Part shown: piece after piece, positions 11,686 to 25,834 of the stretch
How the letters are laid out: each line of letters begins with the position of its first letter
Position numbering within the stretch: the stretch's first letter is position 1
Notes under the pieces: model-generated
What the model was told of the DNA's origin: nothing
Seen by the model: only the letters and a program-made list of their open reading frames with translations
Database searches by the model: none
NCBI GenBank assembly: GCA_964016885.1
Contig: OZ024745.1
Location: forward strand, 120,218,001 to 120,282,000
Reading direction: 5' to 3'
Length of the DNA: 64,000 nt
DNA from: Eledone cirrhosa
Taxonomy: Eukaryota
Position numbers and translations under genes: made by a program

Positions 11686-11924
11686 ATATATATATATATA
11701 TATACACACATATGTATATATATATATGTGTGAGTGTTGAATTGAACTGAAACATAAAATGTTACTTATATAAGACAAGAAAGACCATTATTCAAAAATT
11801 AAAGTATAGATATTATGTAATACGTATTAAATAATATTCATACATACGTACAGACATATGTATGTATATGTGAATATACATATATGTATATATATATATA
11901 TATATATGTATATGTGAATATACA

Positions 11925-12009
<85 letters not shown>

Positions 12010-12308
12010 GTGAATATACATATATGTATATATATATATATATATGTATATGTGAATATACATATATATATGTATATGTGAATATACGTATATGTATATA
12101 TATATATGTATATGTGAATATACATATATGTATATATCTATATATATATATATGTATATGTGAATATACATATATGTATATATATATATATATGTATATA
12201 TATATTTATATATATATATGTATATATATATTTATATATATATATATGTATATATATATTTATATATGTATATATGTATATATATGTATATATATATATG
12301 TATATATA

Positions 12309-12359
<51 letters not shown>

Positions 12360-12375
12360 ATATATATATACAGAA

Positions 12376-12406
<31 letters not shown>

Positions 12407-12520
12407 CACTCACACAGACTGACACACACATATATATATATATATATTTATATGTATATATATACATATATATATTATTCAGTTGAAGAAAGTTATTTTT
12501 TTATTCATATATATATTTAT

Positions 12521-12566
<46 letters not shown>

Positions 12567-12567
12567 T

Positions 12568-12647
<80 letters not shown>

Positions 12648-12713
12648 GCCGTATGTATATTGTGTATGTACAGATGTATAAATGCATAACTATATATATA
12701 TATATGCATATAT

Positions 12714-12748
<35 letters not shown>

Positions 12749-12768
12749 CACACACCCTCATACACATA

Positions 12769-12884
<116 letters not shown>

Positions 12885-13044
12885 AAAATTACTTCTTCAG
12901 AATTAGACCTGTTTCATTCCTAGGATTTTATAAGAATGCAAATCCGTCATGAAGAAATCATTTCCATGTAAAGTAAAGATGCCTATACTTTGCTATCGTA
13001 TTCAGTACCTTTCTTAACTGTGAACACCTCCCGATGTACTTCTG

Positions 13045-13125
<81 letters not shown>

Positions 13126-13274
13126 TGTATATGTATATATGCATATATATATTTATATATATATATATATTTATTAAAATAACAGATTAAAGCTTAAGCA
13201 AAGAATCACTGCTTTGATATATATTTATCCTTGTCGAGCCCTCTTTTGATTTTAGTCTTCAAATTTATTATTAT

Positions 13275-13343
<69 letters not shown>

Positions 13344-14269
13344 CTCGCACCAACCTGAGGTATCTGATTTTTAATGCGATGAAATACCAATGATGGTTGG
13401 CAAAATCACTGATGAGGGACTAATTTTATAATATGTATTCCATGTGCAACCATGCAGTATTCTTCTCCCCTTGTTTTTCATATATATTTACCTAAACTGC
13501 GATTATCTGTTTCTCTCTTTCTCTCTTACTGCTCCCCTGTTCTGTCTGTTTCTCTTACCTTCTTTCACCCTCTCTGTCAGTTACACTTTTTCTCTCGACT
13601 GACCTCTTCCTCTCACTTCCACTCACTCACTCTCTGTTTCTCCCCTTCTCACTTCCTCTAGTTCGCTAGTAGTGGGGTTCCTTCTTTCTCACACCGCATT
13701 CACGGCGTACGGTCTGCTTCTCTGACCGCTCATGAAATTCACCCAGGTTATGCTGATCCGATAACTATCATGTGGCTTGCTGTTTTTTCAACCTTCGGTT
13801 TGCTTTTCTTTCTGTTGTTTACTTGTCTCACTCGCTTTACGCGTTTCACTTGTCCCAATGGCTTATTTTAGTTATTGCTCGCACCAACCTGAGGTATCTG
13901 ATTTTTAATGCGATGAAATACCAATGATGGTTGGCAAATTCACTGATGAGGGACTAATTTTATAATATGTATTCCATGTGCAACCATGCAGTATTCTTCT
14001 CCCCTTGTTTTTCATATATATATATATATAAAAATATATATATGTGTGTATGTGTCGATATATATGTATATATTGACATATATATATAAATATGTGTGTG
14101 TGTGTGTTTATATGTATGTATAAATATACATGACAAACAATAGACCCTCCATCTCAAATCTACCTTTGAAAAGCAGAACTGCGAAACCGGTAAAGGAACC
14201 AAATAAATATATATATTTTTAAAAAAATAAGACTCCAGTTACATTTTCGATTTCATCCTTTTTTCTTTA

Positions 14270-14360
<91 letters not shown>

Positions 14361-14361
14361 G

Positions 14362-14408
<47 letters not shown>

Positions 14409-14470
14409 ATACATACATATATATATATATATAAATATATACATATATACATATATATATATATAAATAT

Positions 14471-14671
<201 letters not shown>

Positions 14672-14694
14672 TATATACATATATACATATATAC

Positions 14695-14767
<73 letters not shown>

Positions 14768-15295
14768 CCTAACCTTGCACATAACATCACAGCTTCAAAT
14801 TTAGCTAAACTACCTAGCCGTAGGAACACGTGAAACCCTGTAGTTAGTACTAACTGTAATTGTAGGAATCGGGTTGATTGCCCCCTATCCGGGAAATGCC
14901 TCTCTAGTAACATTGTCTACAAATGTAAGGTTGTAACACCCACGTCCCGTAGGGCCTACATAGGGTTAATCGCTAATAGATTCAAGCAGCGTCTTTACAT
15001 GCATACCCATTCTTTTCGTTACCCTCTAAGAAGGAATATGACGTCACTTTCAGCTTATATCTGGAGTCTAAAAGACAACCACACCCAATATAAGTTACAC
15101 TGAGAGATCCTAGCTAGGGCTAGATCGTATAACGGAAATAAAAGACCATGTGACCTCTGCGCCGCTGAGGCCCTGGAAATACTCAACGCCACAGACCACA
15201 TCTTAAACAAAAAGTCTGAGGCAATTTCGGCTTGTAAACATAAATTGCACAAAACCTTCCTGTATTACAGCCCCACGTTATACCCTAACGGATAG
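14768..15295 (+). pseudogene. Penelope-like element C-terminal GIY-YIG endonuclease remnant
   Basis: Manual translation: [26 protein letters not shown]...AYIGLIANRFKQRLYMHTHSF...LSAYIWSLK...CDLCAAEALEI...LNKKSEAISACKH; two in-frame TGA; absent from the ORF track. Confidence 0.9.
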
Positions 15296-16141
15296 TACGA
15301 TCTATGCGTGGATATTTTATGTCTTGATGTGGGAGCAAAGTATATGTTTTGTTTATACAATTACTTATTTGCATAGGTAAGTATATATTACCCGTGTGTT
15401 TCCTGAAGTTACGTATACCTTCCCGTACGTATATTTGATTGTTTATGTTATGGCGTATAAATTTTTTTATTTTTTTTATTCTGGTACATATGGTTTGGCT
15501 ATGTGTATACGAGAGTTTTGCGTCTGTATGAGTATGCTGGTTCGTACGTATGTAGGGTGTGTGTATATGTGTATTTCATGTTTTGGTTGACTTACGTCTC
15601 CGAACATTCGTGTATTTACATGGAGGTATGTGTGTGCGCTTGTTATATACGTATTTATTTACGTTTTTTTAATTATTTATTTATTTGTACACACGCATAC
15701 ACACACACACATATTTATATGTGCGTGGTTTTGTATACCTATGGTAAGTGTTTTACATTTGCTTGTGTATGTACGTATTTGTTAGCGGGTATGTATTTAT
15801 TTATTTCTATTACTTCTGTATTGTATTTATTTACTTTGTTCTTAACTCTGTAACGGAGATTCATTCGGTCTCCTAGTTAGAATTTTAGTCTACGACTTCT
15901 GCTATACCATTTACGTGGTTTTGTCTTTGCGTGCTATTGTTCTCCACGCTCGACATATGACGTATTATCTTCGTTTTTTTCGTTCATTGCCGGAGAACGT
16001 CTCTATGAACCACCTAAGAGAACATTAGTCTACGACCACTTTTATACCATAAACGTGGTTCTGTCTTTGCGCGTAATTGTTTTTCACCGCTCCTATTAAT
16101 GACGTATCTTATTCGTTTTTTCCCGTTCTTTGCCAAGTTTT

Positions 16142-16212
16142 GCCGTCTGAAGAGCTCGGGCTATCTTGACTGATGGTCCATATTTCACTGATAGTGAAAT
16201 ATCTATAACAGT
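16142..16212 (+). ncRNA. Hammerhead-like motif with extended stem II in the Penelope-like 3' region
   Basis: CUGAAGA 16147-16153; GCU...AGU closing with inner GGGCUAUC/GAUGGUCC hairpin; GAAA 16196-16199; UAUCUAUA^ACAG; stem I has a mismatch. Confidence 0.55.
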
Positions 16213-17484
16213 GTTTTAAATAAACTTGAATCAACTGAATATGATCTCCGATCTTGCTTATTTGTCTTGTCTAGACCCTTACATGGCCGCCATGAGTGTA
16301 ATAAATATCAATAGTACCAGACATTTAGCAGCACTAAAGCAGTCATTAATATAAGGGTACCTCCATCACCCCTGACTACTGACCACTCCCGGAGAAAAAC
16401 AAAAAAACAAGAGAACTTTCTATAATTGTTTTGCTTTGACTGACTGCCCATATATCGATTATACCCTTTGATAAGTTCAGCTAGATTCCCGCCGTTTGAA
16501 TACTGGCTCTTTAGATCGGATCAAGTTGTTTAAACGGTCGGAACTCAGCCGTTGGGGTCCTGGATCTTTTCATATTACCCACTTTCCTATCCCAAGTATC
16601 GAATACTGTAGTGGCTTATGTATGGTCTACCTAGTTTTTACCACACCCTATATGATATATATATATATATACTAATAACAAGTGTTAGATCATCATTATG
16701 TTTACGAAGGTGTGACGCGTGTTTCACGATTGATCAACTCAAGGTTCATTCTCCATCGATCTGGTCCGACTCTGGAATCGAAAGCTTGTCGGACTTCTGT
16801 TTAGTACAATACCAATATATTTACTGGAAGCTACACATCCAGTGTTCACTCTGGTGAACCTCCAGTTTCCAGTAAATATATTGGTATTGTACTAAACAGA
16901 GTGTAATACTGCCTTTACCATAACTGAAGTCCGACAAGATTTCGATTCCATAGTCGGACCAGATCGATGGAGAATGAACCTTGAGCTGATCAATCGCGAA
17001 ATATAGTTATAAATATATGTATACATACATATAGATGTATGTATATATTTATATATACTAGCAGAAAATCCACCCTTTAGGTGGTTTTCTGCTAGCATGT
17101 GTAGTGTGCATATTGATATTATACGCAAGTATATATGCATGTAGATATGATACATCAAATAAAATCGTAATTGACAATATACACAGAACGTAATCCATGA
17201 TACATTAAAAAAAAAGACGATATTATATATAAACTGCATTAGGAGAAAATTAGTGACGGAAATATATGAATTTTTATTTAAGCGGAAGTGTTGACATTTG
17301 AAAATTTTAAAGAAGCGAATCTTAAAATAAGCCACAAAATTATTTATATTTAATCAAGAATAACGAAATTTAGTAGATAAATTATCTAATATTCATTCAT
17401 TATATATTGAAAGTAATCCAACTTGTTTTACAAATGGAATAAAAAAATATATTCTGGACGCAGTCCCGCACTCCTTTCTTTGTT

Positions 17485-17523
<39 letters not shown>

Positions 17524-17696
17524 AATGTAGAAAATAAATGTTTTGATATCATACCGAAAATATCCCTCCACCATTTTCTACTGTTTTTCGTTTTACTGTT
17601 TGTTTATATATATATATATATATTTTTATATATATATATATATTTTTATATATATATATATATTTTTTTATATATATATATGTATGTATATATACG

Positions 17697-17746
<50 letters not shown>

Positions 17747-17777
17747 GATATAATATATGTATATATACGTATATATG

Positions 17778-17809
<32 letters not shown>

Positions 17810-17828
17810 TATATGTGTGTGTGTATAT

Positions 17829-17862
<34 letters not shown>

Positions 17863-18069
17863 CAAACACACATATGTACATATACATATGTAAATGTGGG
17901 TTATACCGAACATTAATAATAATGTTCGATTCATTTATAAACAAACTGCCCGATTTGAAGCTGTTCGGGTGACCGATCGTCACCTGTTAGTACAACACTG
18001 ACTTTGAGGAACAATCAACATGTTTCTGGGTGTTGTACAAACAGGTGACGATCGATATATGTATAAATA

Positions 18070-18111
<42 letters not shown>

Positions 18112-18195
18112 GAAAAATTGAACAGGGACAGAACAGAGAGGCAGTACGATAAATGTTTATTAAATTCACGCTCAGGAGAGTGGGGGGTAGGTGGG

Positions 18196-18232
18196 GGACG
18201 ACGTTTCGGGCATAAGCCCTTCTTCAGGTGAG
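18196..18232 (-). ncRNA. Minimal hammerhead ribozyme
   Basis: Minus strand CUGAAGA-AGGGCUUAUGCCC-GAAAC-GUC; same family as 52501. Confidence 0.75.
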
Positions 18233-18420
18233 AAGTGTGTGGGAACAGTATATATATATTGTTATACTTGGGGAGGGTCATATTTGTGTAATAATATTGC
18301 CAGAATTAATAACAGAACACACTCACTGTGTTTGGTTGGTTTTCCCTTCTGTGTCTTTTATATCGGTTAATTTAATTTATTCGGTCATATCAAAATCCTC
18401 GCAAAACTAATTCATCGCCG

Positions 18421-18476
<56 letters not shown>

Positions 18477-18711
18477 TAATAAAAACAATGAATAAAAACA
18501 AAGAACAAGTTTCTTATATTAAAAATATTTTTAATATAAGAAAGTTGTTCTTTCTTTTTATTCATTGTTTTTATTAATTTATCTTGACACTGTTTTCCCG
18601 TGATTTTCATCGAATATTTTTGAATGCATCTTCTCTTTTCATGATATTTGGATTACATTGAGTTCTTCATACGGATTGGACACTACCGTATATTTTGGTA
18701 GATTTATCTAC

Positions 18712-18758
<47 letters not shown>

Positions 18759-19052
18759 TATCCACGGTAAGTTGTGGGGTCTATTCTGCATGAAGAACTC
18801 AATGTAATCCATATGTTGAAAATGTTGTAGGTTAAGATAAATCCCGGAAAACAATAAAACATTAAAAGGAAAACAGTCACGATATAAGTTAAAACACTGA
18901 AATAAAAAATCAAAAGTATATCTCTAATGACACGATTTTTTATTTCATTGTTTTAACTTTATATATATATATATAAAACAGCTTCAAATCGGGCCGTTTG
19001 TTTATAAACGAATCGAACATTATTATTAATGTTCGGTATAACCCACATGTAC

Positions 19053-19118
<66 letters not shown>

Positions 19119-19449
19119 CATATATAAATCACTATAGATGTATTTCATATAATCTATTTAATAACATTGAGACGACGTCAGCTGCAATATTGTTTTACTT
19201 AATAACCAATCACAACTATTGTACAACCCAATCACTTGGTGTAACTTAGATTGCACGTAATCACCTTCATTAAGTCATTTCTTTCATCTTCACGTGTATT
19301 GGTTAGAAAACTACTCTATTGTATATACTCACAATCTACAACCAGCAAATTGCTTAAACTACGGAGTTTGTATATCTCGGTCACAAACTATCATCAAATA
19401 ACAATTTTAGCCTCCACCCGCTTTCCTGTCGCCACAATGCCGGCCTTCT

Positions 19450-19712
19450 TACACGCCATGCTGCCCTGAACGTGGTCATAAAGCATGGCTCGAATGCTAC
19501 AGGCTTCCCCTTCCAGTTCGAGACGGTGGGGATGGACCGAAGGTATGACAATCAACCCATTCCGCGGTGGCAAACCCCTCGTCTGGGATGCCACTTGCAG
19601 CGACACTTTCTCCAGCCGCAACCTGGTGCAATCTGTAACTAAACAAGGTTCTGCTGCTCGTTGGGCTGAGGATGGCAAACTCTCCAAGTACCAGTCGCCC
19701 TTTGACAGGTAT
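19450..19712 (+). mobile_element. CRE-like RLE domain fragment
   Basis: EGMTINPFRGGKPLVWDATCSDTFSSRNLVQS...AEDGKLSKY, a decayed PD..D..E..K nuclease core. Confidence 0.8.
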
Positions 19713-19724
19713 GAAATGGTTGCT

Positions 19725-20210
19725 ACACAGTATCGCAGCGCTCTTGGTTGGGCAGTTTTCAAGAACAAGGACGTACTAACATCAAAACGAGTTTCCTATC
19801 ATTTGAAGGCTAAGATCTTCGATACTTACATCCTACCAGATGTGTTAATTGGACGAGGTCACTTCAGAAGCTCTCGACATTCCAGAACCACACCATGAGA
19901 CTTATGACTGGCAAGCGGCTAAGCGACCGTATCTGTATCAGATACCAGACTTACACCAATTACATCAATTGTCAAGTCAAGACTACTCAAACTATACGGT
20001 CATATAAAAAGATCAACTCGTGGTGTGAGTAGGTTATGCCTGGAAGGAAGGTTGGCCGGTAAGAGAAGCAGAGGCCGGCAGCCAAAACGATGGCTTGACA
20101 ATGTCAACCTTTGGACTGATCTTTGCTCTTTAAACTCTGCTGTTAGTGATCGAACTTTGTGGAGAAAAATATCTCATGCTGATGCGCAGTCTGCAACAGG
20201 CAGAGTTTAG
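19725..20210 (+). mobile_element. Degenerate RTE-clade LINE ORF 3' fragment (second, older family)
   Basis: LKAKIFDTYILP...LKLYGHIKR...LCLEGRLAGKRSRGRQPKRWLDNV...DRTLWRK matches the RTE C-terminal pattern. Confidence 0.75.
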
Positions 20211-20308
20211 CGTCAAATAATAAATAATAATTAATTAGTTATTTTGTTAATTTTACTGGACGACGAAGAAAAGTTAGGTAAATTTTGTGTTTATTCTTCA
20301 TAGTTATA

Positions 20309-20354
<46 letters not shown>

Positions 20355-20625
20355 AATATACATATATATATACATATATATATACAATACATATATATAT
20401 ACATATATATATACATATATATATACATACATATATATATATATAGAGAGAGAGAGAGATAGATAGATAAATATACACGGGTATGTATGATTGTGTATAG
20501 AAGATTATATTAATAAGAGGAATTCCAACTTTGTCTGATTTACTCGTTTTATTTACAATCCTTTAAAATTGATAATGGTATTATAATGAAATAGTATGGT
20601 AGAATATTAAATGTTAAGTGTTAAT

Positions 20626-20664
20626 TGAACAAGTACTTTCATGCTTTCGCAATCTTCAGGTTGA
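20626..20664 (-). ncRNA. Minimal hammerhead ribozyme overlapping a 100-bp palindrome (20650-20752)
   Basis: Minus strand AAC-CUGAAGA-UUGC-GAAA-GCAU-GAAA-GUAC-UU^GUU; palindromic stem III AAGUACUU. Confidence 0.7.
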
Positions 20665-20749
20665 TAATGTGTAGTAACAGTCAAGTTTGCAATTTTAAAC
20701 AGTTGAAAATTGCAAACTTGACTGTCACCACACATTATGAACCTGAAGA

Positions 20750-22610
20750 TTGATGTTGGTGGTGGTGGTGGTGGTGGTGTGTGGTGGTGGTGGTGGCGGT
20801 GGTGGCGTTGGTGGTGGTGGTGGTGGTGGTGGTGGTGGTGGTGGTGGTGGTGGTGGTGGTGGTAGTGGTGGTGGAGGTGTGTGGTGGCGGTAAAGATTGA
20901 TGTTGGTGGTGGTGGTGGTGGTGGTGTGTGGTGGTGGTGGTGGTGGCGGTGGTGGCGTTGGTGGTGGTGGTGGTGGTGGTGGTGGTGGTGGTGGTGGTGG
21001 TGGTGGTGGTGGTGGTGGTGTTGGTGGTAGTGGTGGTGGAGGTGTGTGGTGACGGTAAAGATTGATGTTGGTGGTGGCGTTGGTGGTGGTGGTGTGTGGT
21101 GGTGGTGGTGGCGGTGGTGGCGTTGGTGGTGGTGGTGGTGGTGGTGGTGGTGGTGGTGGTGGTGGTGGTGGTGGTGTTGGTGGTAGTGGTGGTGGAGGTG
21201 TGTGGTGGCGGTAAAGATTGATGTTGGTGGTGGTGGTGGTGGTGGTGTGTGGTGGTGGTGGTGGCGGTGGTGGCGTTGGTGGTGGTGGTGGTGGTGGTGG
21301 TGGTGGTGGTGGTGGTGGTGGTGGTGGTGGTGTTGGTGGTAGTGGTGGTGGAGGTGTGTGGTGGCGGTAAAGATTGATGTTGGTGGTGGTGGTGGTGGTG
21401 GTGTGTGGTGGTGGTGGTGGCGGTGGTGGCGTTGGTGGTGGTGGTGGTGGTGGTGGTGGTGGTGGTGGTGGTGGTGGTGGTGGTAGTGGTGGTGGAGGTG
21501 TGTGGTGGCGGTAAAGATTGATGTTGGTGGTGGTGGTGGTGATGATGATGATGGTGCTGTTGTTGGTGGTGGTGGTGGTGGTGGTGGTGGAGGCGTTGGT
21601 GGTGGTGGTGGTGGTGGTGGTGGCGTTGGTGGTAGTGGTAGTGGTGGCGGTAAAGATTGATGTTGGTGGTGGTGGTGGTGATGATGATGATGGTGCTGTT
21701 GTTGGTGGTGGTGGTGGTGGTGGTGGTGGTGGCGGTGGTGGCGTTGGTGTTGATGCTGGTGGTGTTGATGCTGGTAGTGGTGGTGGTGGTGGTGTTGATG
21801 GTGGTGGTGGTGGTGGTGGCGGTGGGGGTGCTGGTGCTGGTGGTGGTGTTGATGCTGGTGGTGTTGATGCTGGTGGTGTTGATGGTGGTGGTGGTGGTGG
21901 TGGCGGTGGTGGTGGTGGTGATGGTGGTGGTGGTGGTGGTGGTGGTGGTGGTGGTGGTGGTGGTGGTGGTGGTGGTGATGGTGGTGGTGGTGGTGGTGGT
22001 GGTGTTGATGCTGGTGGTGTTGATGCTGGTGGTGTTGATGGTGGTGGTGGTGGTGGTGGTGGCGGTGGTGGTGGTGGTGATGGTGGTGGTGGTGGTGGTG
22101 GTGGTGATGGTGGTGGTGGTGGTGGTGGTGGTGATGGTGTTGATGCTGGTGGTGTTGATGCTGGTGGTGTTGATGGTGGTGGTGGTGGTGGTGGTGGCGG
22201 TGGTGGTGGTGGTGATGGTGGTGGTGGTGGTGGTGGTGGTGGTGGTGGTGGTGGTGGTGGTGGTGGTGGTGGTGGTGGTGTTGGTGGTGGTGTTGATGCT
22301 GGTGGTGTTGATGCTGGTGGTGTTGATGCTGGTGGTGTTGGTGGTGGTGGTGGTGTTGATGGTGGTGGTGGTGGTGGTGATGGTGTTGATGCTGGTGGTG
22401 TTGATGCTGGTGGTGGTGGTGGCGGTGGTGGTGGTGGTGGTGGTGATGGTGTTGATGCTGGTGGTGTTGATGCTGGTGGCGTTGATGGTGGTGGTGGTGG
22501 TGGTGGTGGTGGTGGTGGTGGTGGTGTTGATGCTGGTGGTGTTGATGCTCGTGGTGTTGATGCTGGTGGTGTTGGTGGTGGTGGTGGTGTTGATGCTGGT
22601 GGTGGTGGTG
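20750..22610. repeat. (GGT)n-based compound array with higher-order units
   Basis: Units of about 140-165 bp marked by ggcggtaaagattgatgtt, followed by gttgatgctggt units. Confidence 0.9.
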
Positions 22611-22675
22611 AGAAATCTGATTTCATTGAACCAACCACATCACAAATAACTAGAAAATCGACGAAAGCAAAAACA

Positions 22676-23019
<344 letters not shown>

Positions 23020-23169
23020 TTCGTCTTTGAACTAAGTTAAGCTAACTATATCTTCTTCCGCTCACTTTTCAAGTCTATTTCTCCATAATTCTCCCTTCAA
23101 CTCTCTCATTCTTCTCTATCCATCCCCCTCTCTATCTATCTATCTCCCTCTCCCTATCTCTCTCCCTCT

Positions 23170-23672
23170 TTGTCTCTCACACACACACTCTTTCTCTCTG
23201 TCTTCCTCACACCATTCCTCTCACCATTCCTCTCCTCCTACATCTCTTCCTTCGTCTGTACCCTCCCCCTCTCTCTCTCTGCCACTCTCTCTCTCTCTCA
23301 CAAACACACACACACTCTTTCTCTCTGTCTTCCTCACACCATTCCTCTCACCATTCCTCTCCTCCTACATCTCTTCCTTCGTCTGTACCCTCCTCCCTCT
23401 CTCTCTCTCTCTCTCTCTCCCACTCTGTCTCTCACAAACACTCTTTCTCTCTGTCTTCCTCATTGTCCTCCTCTCACCATTCCTCCCCTCCTACATCTCT
23501 TCCTTCGTCTGTACCCTCCCCCTCTCTCTCTCTCTCTCTCTCTCCCTCTCTCTCTCACAAACACACACACACTCTATCTCTCTGTATTCCTCACACCATT
23601 CCTCTCACCATTCTTCTCCTCCTACATCTCTTCCCTCGTCTGTACCCTCCCCCTCTCTCTCTCTCTCTCTCT
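23170..23672. repeat. About 4 copies of a roughly 120-bp CT-rich tandem unit
   Basis: Recurrent cctacatctcttccttcgtctgtaccctcc. Confidence 0.85.
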
Positions 23673-23859
23673 GGTATTTAAACCTAACTATATTTACCGG
23701 TCATTCACTCCATAAGTTGCGGGGAAAGAGTAAGAGAAGTTTCTTCATTCTTCATGTCATCGTGTTATGTCGTCGTAGTTATGGCCGCTTGGTTCGCTTG
23801 CTAACACGTGGTTCTCTGGTCGATCCATGCAGCATGGTCAACTGGCTTTTACTATAACC

Positions 23860-24160
23860 TACCGGTCGCTTTCCGACAGGCTTGTGGTCGTGCCCTTGTC
23901 AGTGGAGACTTCTGGTGTCCTTGGCCCTACTCACCACCATAGATGCTGAGCTGGCCAGCCGCAGGTGTGAGCCTCGCGAGATGGAATGACTCTTCTAGCG
24001 CATCTCCCTTACCATCGTCTGGAGAAACGCCTTCTCCATTCAGTCCGCCGGCGGGCAGCACGTGGCACCCCATTTTCTCAACATACAGAGAGATGGAGGC
24101 GATGACAGTGGGTGTTCTGCTCTTCCACATTCTGACCATATCCTTGTGGTCGTGTCTGCT
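23860..24160 (+). mobile_element. CRE-like element 3' end
   Basis: Homologous to 565-880; VVPLSVETSGVLGP...RISLTIVWRNAFSI. Confidence 0.75.
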
Positions 24161-24391
24161 GTGTATATAGTTACTAACGGCTGAATTTTATTCTCTTCCT
24201 CTTTAGAAGGTCACGTGGTTCTGCCACAGTATGAAACAAATAGCTTGTGTGTTTGTGAGTGGAGTCTAGTATGCGTAAAATGCAGAACTCACACACATAC
24301 ATATATGCACAGCCACACCCACATCATACACATACACGCACACACACACACACACGCACACAGACACACACATACACAAACACATGTATAT

Positions 24392-24510
24392 ACAGTGTAC
24401 ACCCGACATTCGCGGTCCCGATACTCGCAGTTTCGGTTATTTACATAATTTTGCTTAGAACCTAAGTAATAATATTTCATGGAAACCACCGCATATTCGC
24501 GGAATCGTAA
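24392..24510 (+). mobile_element. Possible Tigger/pogo-type MITE end
   Basis: TA followed by cagtgtacacccgacattcgcgg and recurring attcgcgg motifs; other end not found. Confidence 0.35.
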
Positions 24511-24974
24511 ATATCTTCCGTGATTTTTTTTTATGGCTTTTTTCGAGGCAATATATATTTTTTTAACGCGAAATTATTAATAACAATATACCGAATTTGC
24601 CTGGCTATTCGACGTCCCTTCGCATAAGACGTTCCCTATTTTTTTCATTATATTTTACGTTATATTTTGAGGTTTATAGGCATTTTTATGGACCATATAT
24701 ACATATATACATACATACATACATATATATACATATATACGTACATAAACGGAAAAAATGAAACGAAATTTCATTTCTCACTCTTATACTATACATACAT
24801 ACATATATACATATATGCATACATTCATATATACATATATGCATATATACAGACATACATAGTAACATACATACATACACACATACATACATACATATGT
24901 ACATACATACAAACACACATACATACATACCTACATACAAACACCTATACATACATACATACATACATACAGAA

Positions 24975-25300
24975 AAATACAGGAGAAGGAGGACATCTAC
25001 GGACCATTGATGAGGAGTTTACAAATCCAGTATCCAAGATACACCTTTAGCTTCATACCCATCATTATTGGTGCTACGGGTTATATACCAACCCGCTTGG
25101 ACCAAAGTATGACTGAACTTGGATTTGCGGACAAAAAGCGCAGCTCCCTAATTCATAGTCTACAAATGGCTGCGATAGCTGGCACCTTCAAAATTTGCAA
25201 AACATTCTTGCGATTCAAGGGATGACAATTTCTTTTCTTTTACAACCTTGCCACCAGGAAGGTGGCCGGTCAAAAAAATATACTCGAATTTAAGAGAAAG
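24975..25300 (+). mobile_element. 3' end of an R4/Dong-like RLE non-LTR retrotransposon
   Basis: EKEDIYGPLMRSLQIQYPRYTFSFIPIIIGATGYIP...LGF...LQMAAIAGTFKICKTFL* matches the K...Y..L...PIIIGA.G.IP...LQ.....GT..I...FL terminus. Confidence 0.7.
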
Positions 25301-25319
25301 AGATACATACATACATACA

Positions 25320-25677
25320 TGGTGGCTACCGATGCGCTGAACGAGTGTGACATTTTAGTCCAGCCAGCGACTTGAAAACTCTGGTACAAACACTACACTT
25401 GTAACAATTATTGACACATAGTGCTGGGCCCATGGCACCATGTGAAGACAAGTGCAGAGAGATCTCCAGATATAAAGCAATGCCTGTGCCGTGAAGCTTT
25501 TATAGTGAGCAAAGGCACTGCACAAAGCCAGTCCCACTCTCTTAACCAAGATGATATTTACCAAAAAGAAGAACAAGTCAACATCATTGGATACCATCAG
25601 GGTTGCAGGTGTTATATCAGAGTTTTCCTTCTCCTAGAATTCTGCCTTGACAAAGGCTAAGGGGTCATCTCTCCCGG
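25320..25677 (-). mobile_element. Family B RTE derivative with internal deletion (extra tail fragment at 25727-25760)
   Basis: Reverse complement of family B. Confidence 0.85.
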
Positions 25678-25791
25678 ATATATATATACATACATACATA
25701 CATACATACACATATATATATATACATGGTGGCTGCCAACTCGTTTTCGAGTACGGCCATACATACATACATACATACATACATACATACA

Positions 25792-25824
<33 letters not shown>

Positions 25825-25834
25825 GTGCATGCAT

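Noticed and set aside
13400-13440. Hammerhead at ctgatgagggac
   Set aside because: No stem II closure followed by GAAA
14768-15295. Selenocysteine recoding of the in-frame TGA codons in the Penelope-like remnant
   Set aside because: The TGAs are not at Cys-motif positions (one replaces an expected Trp) and no SECIS was recognised; ordinary decay is simpler
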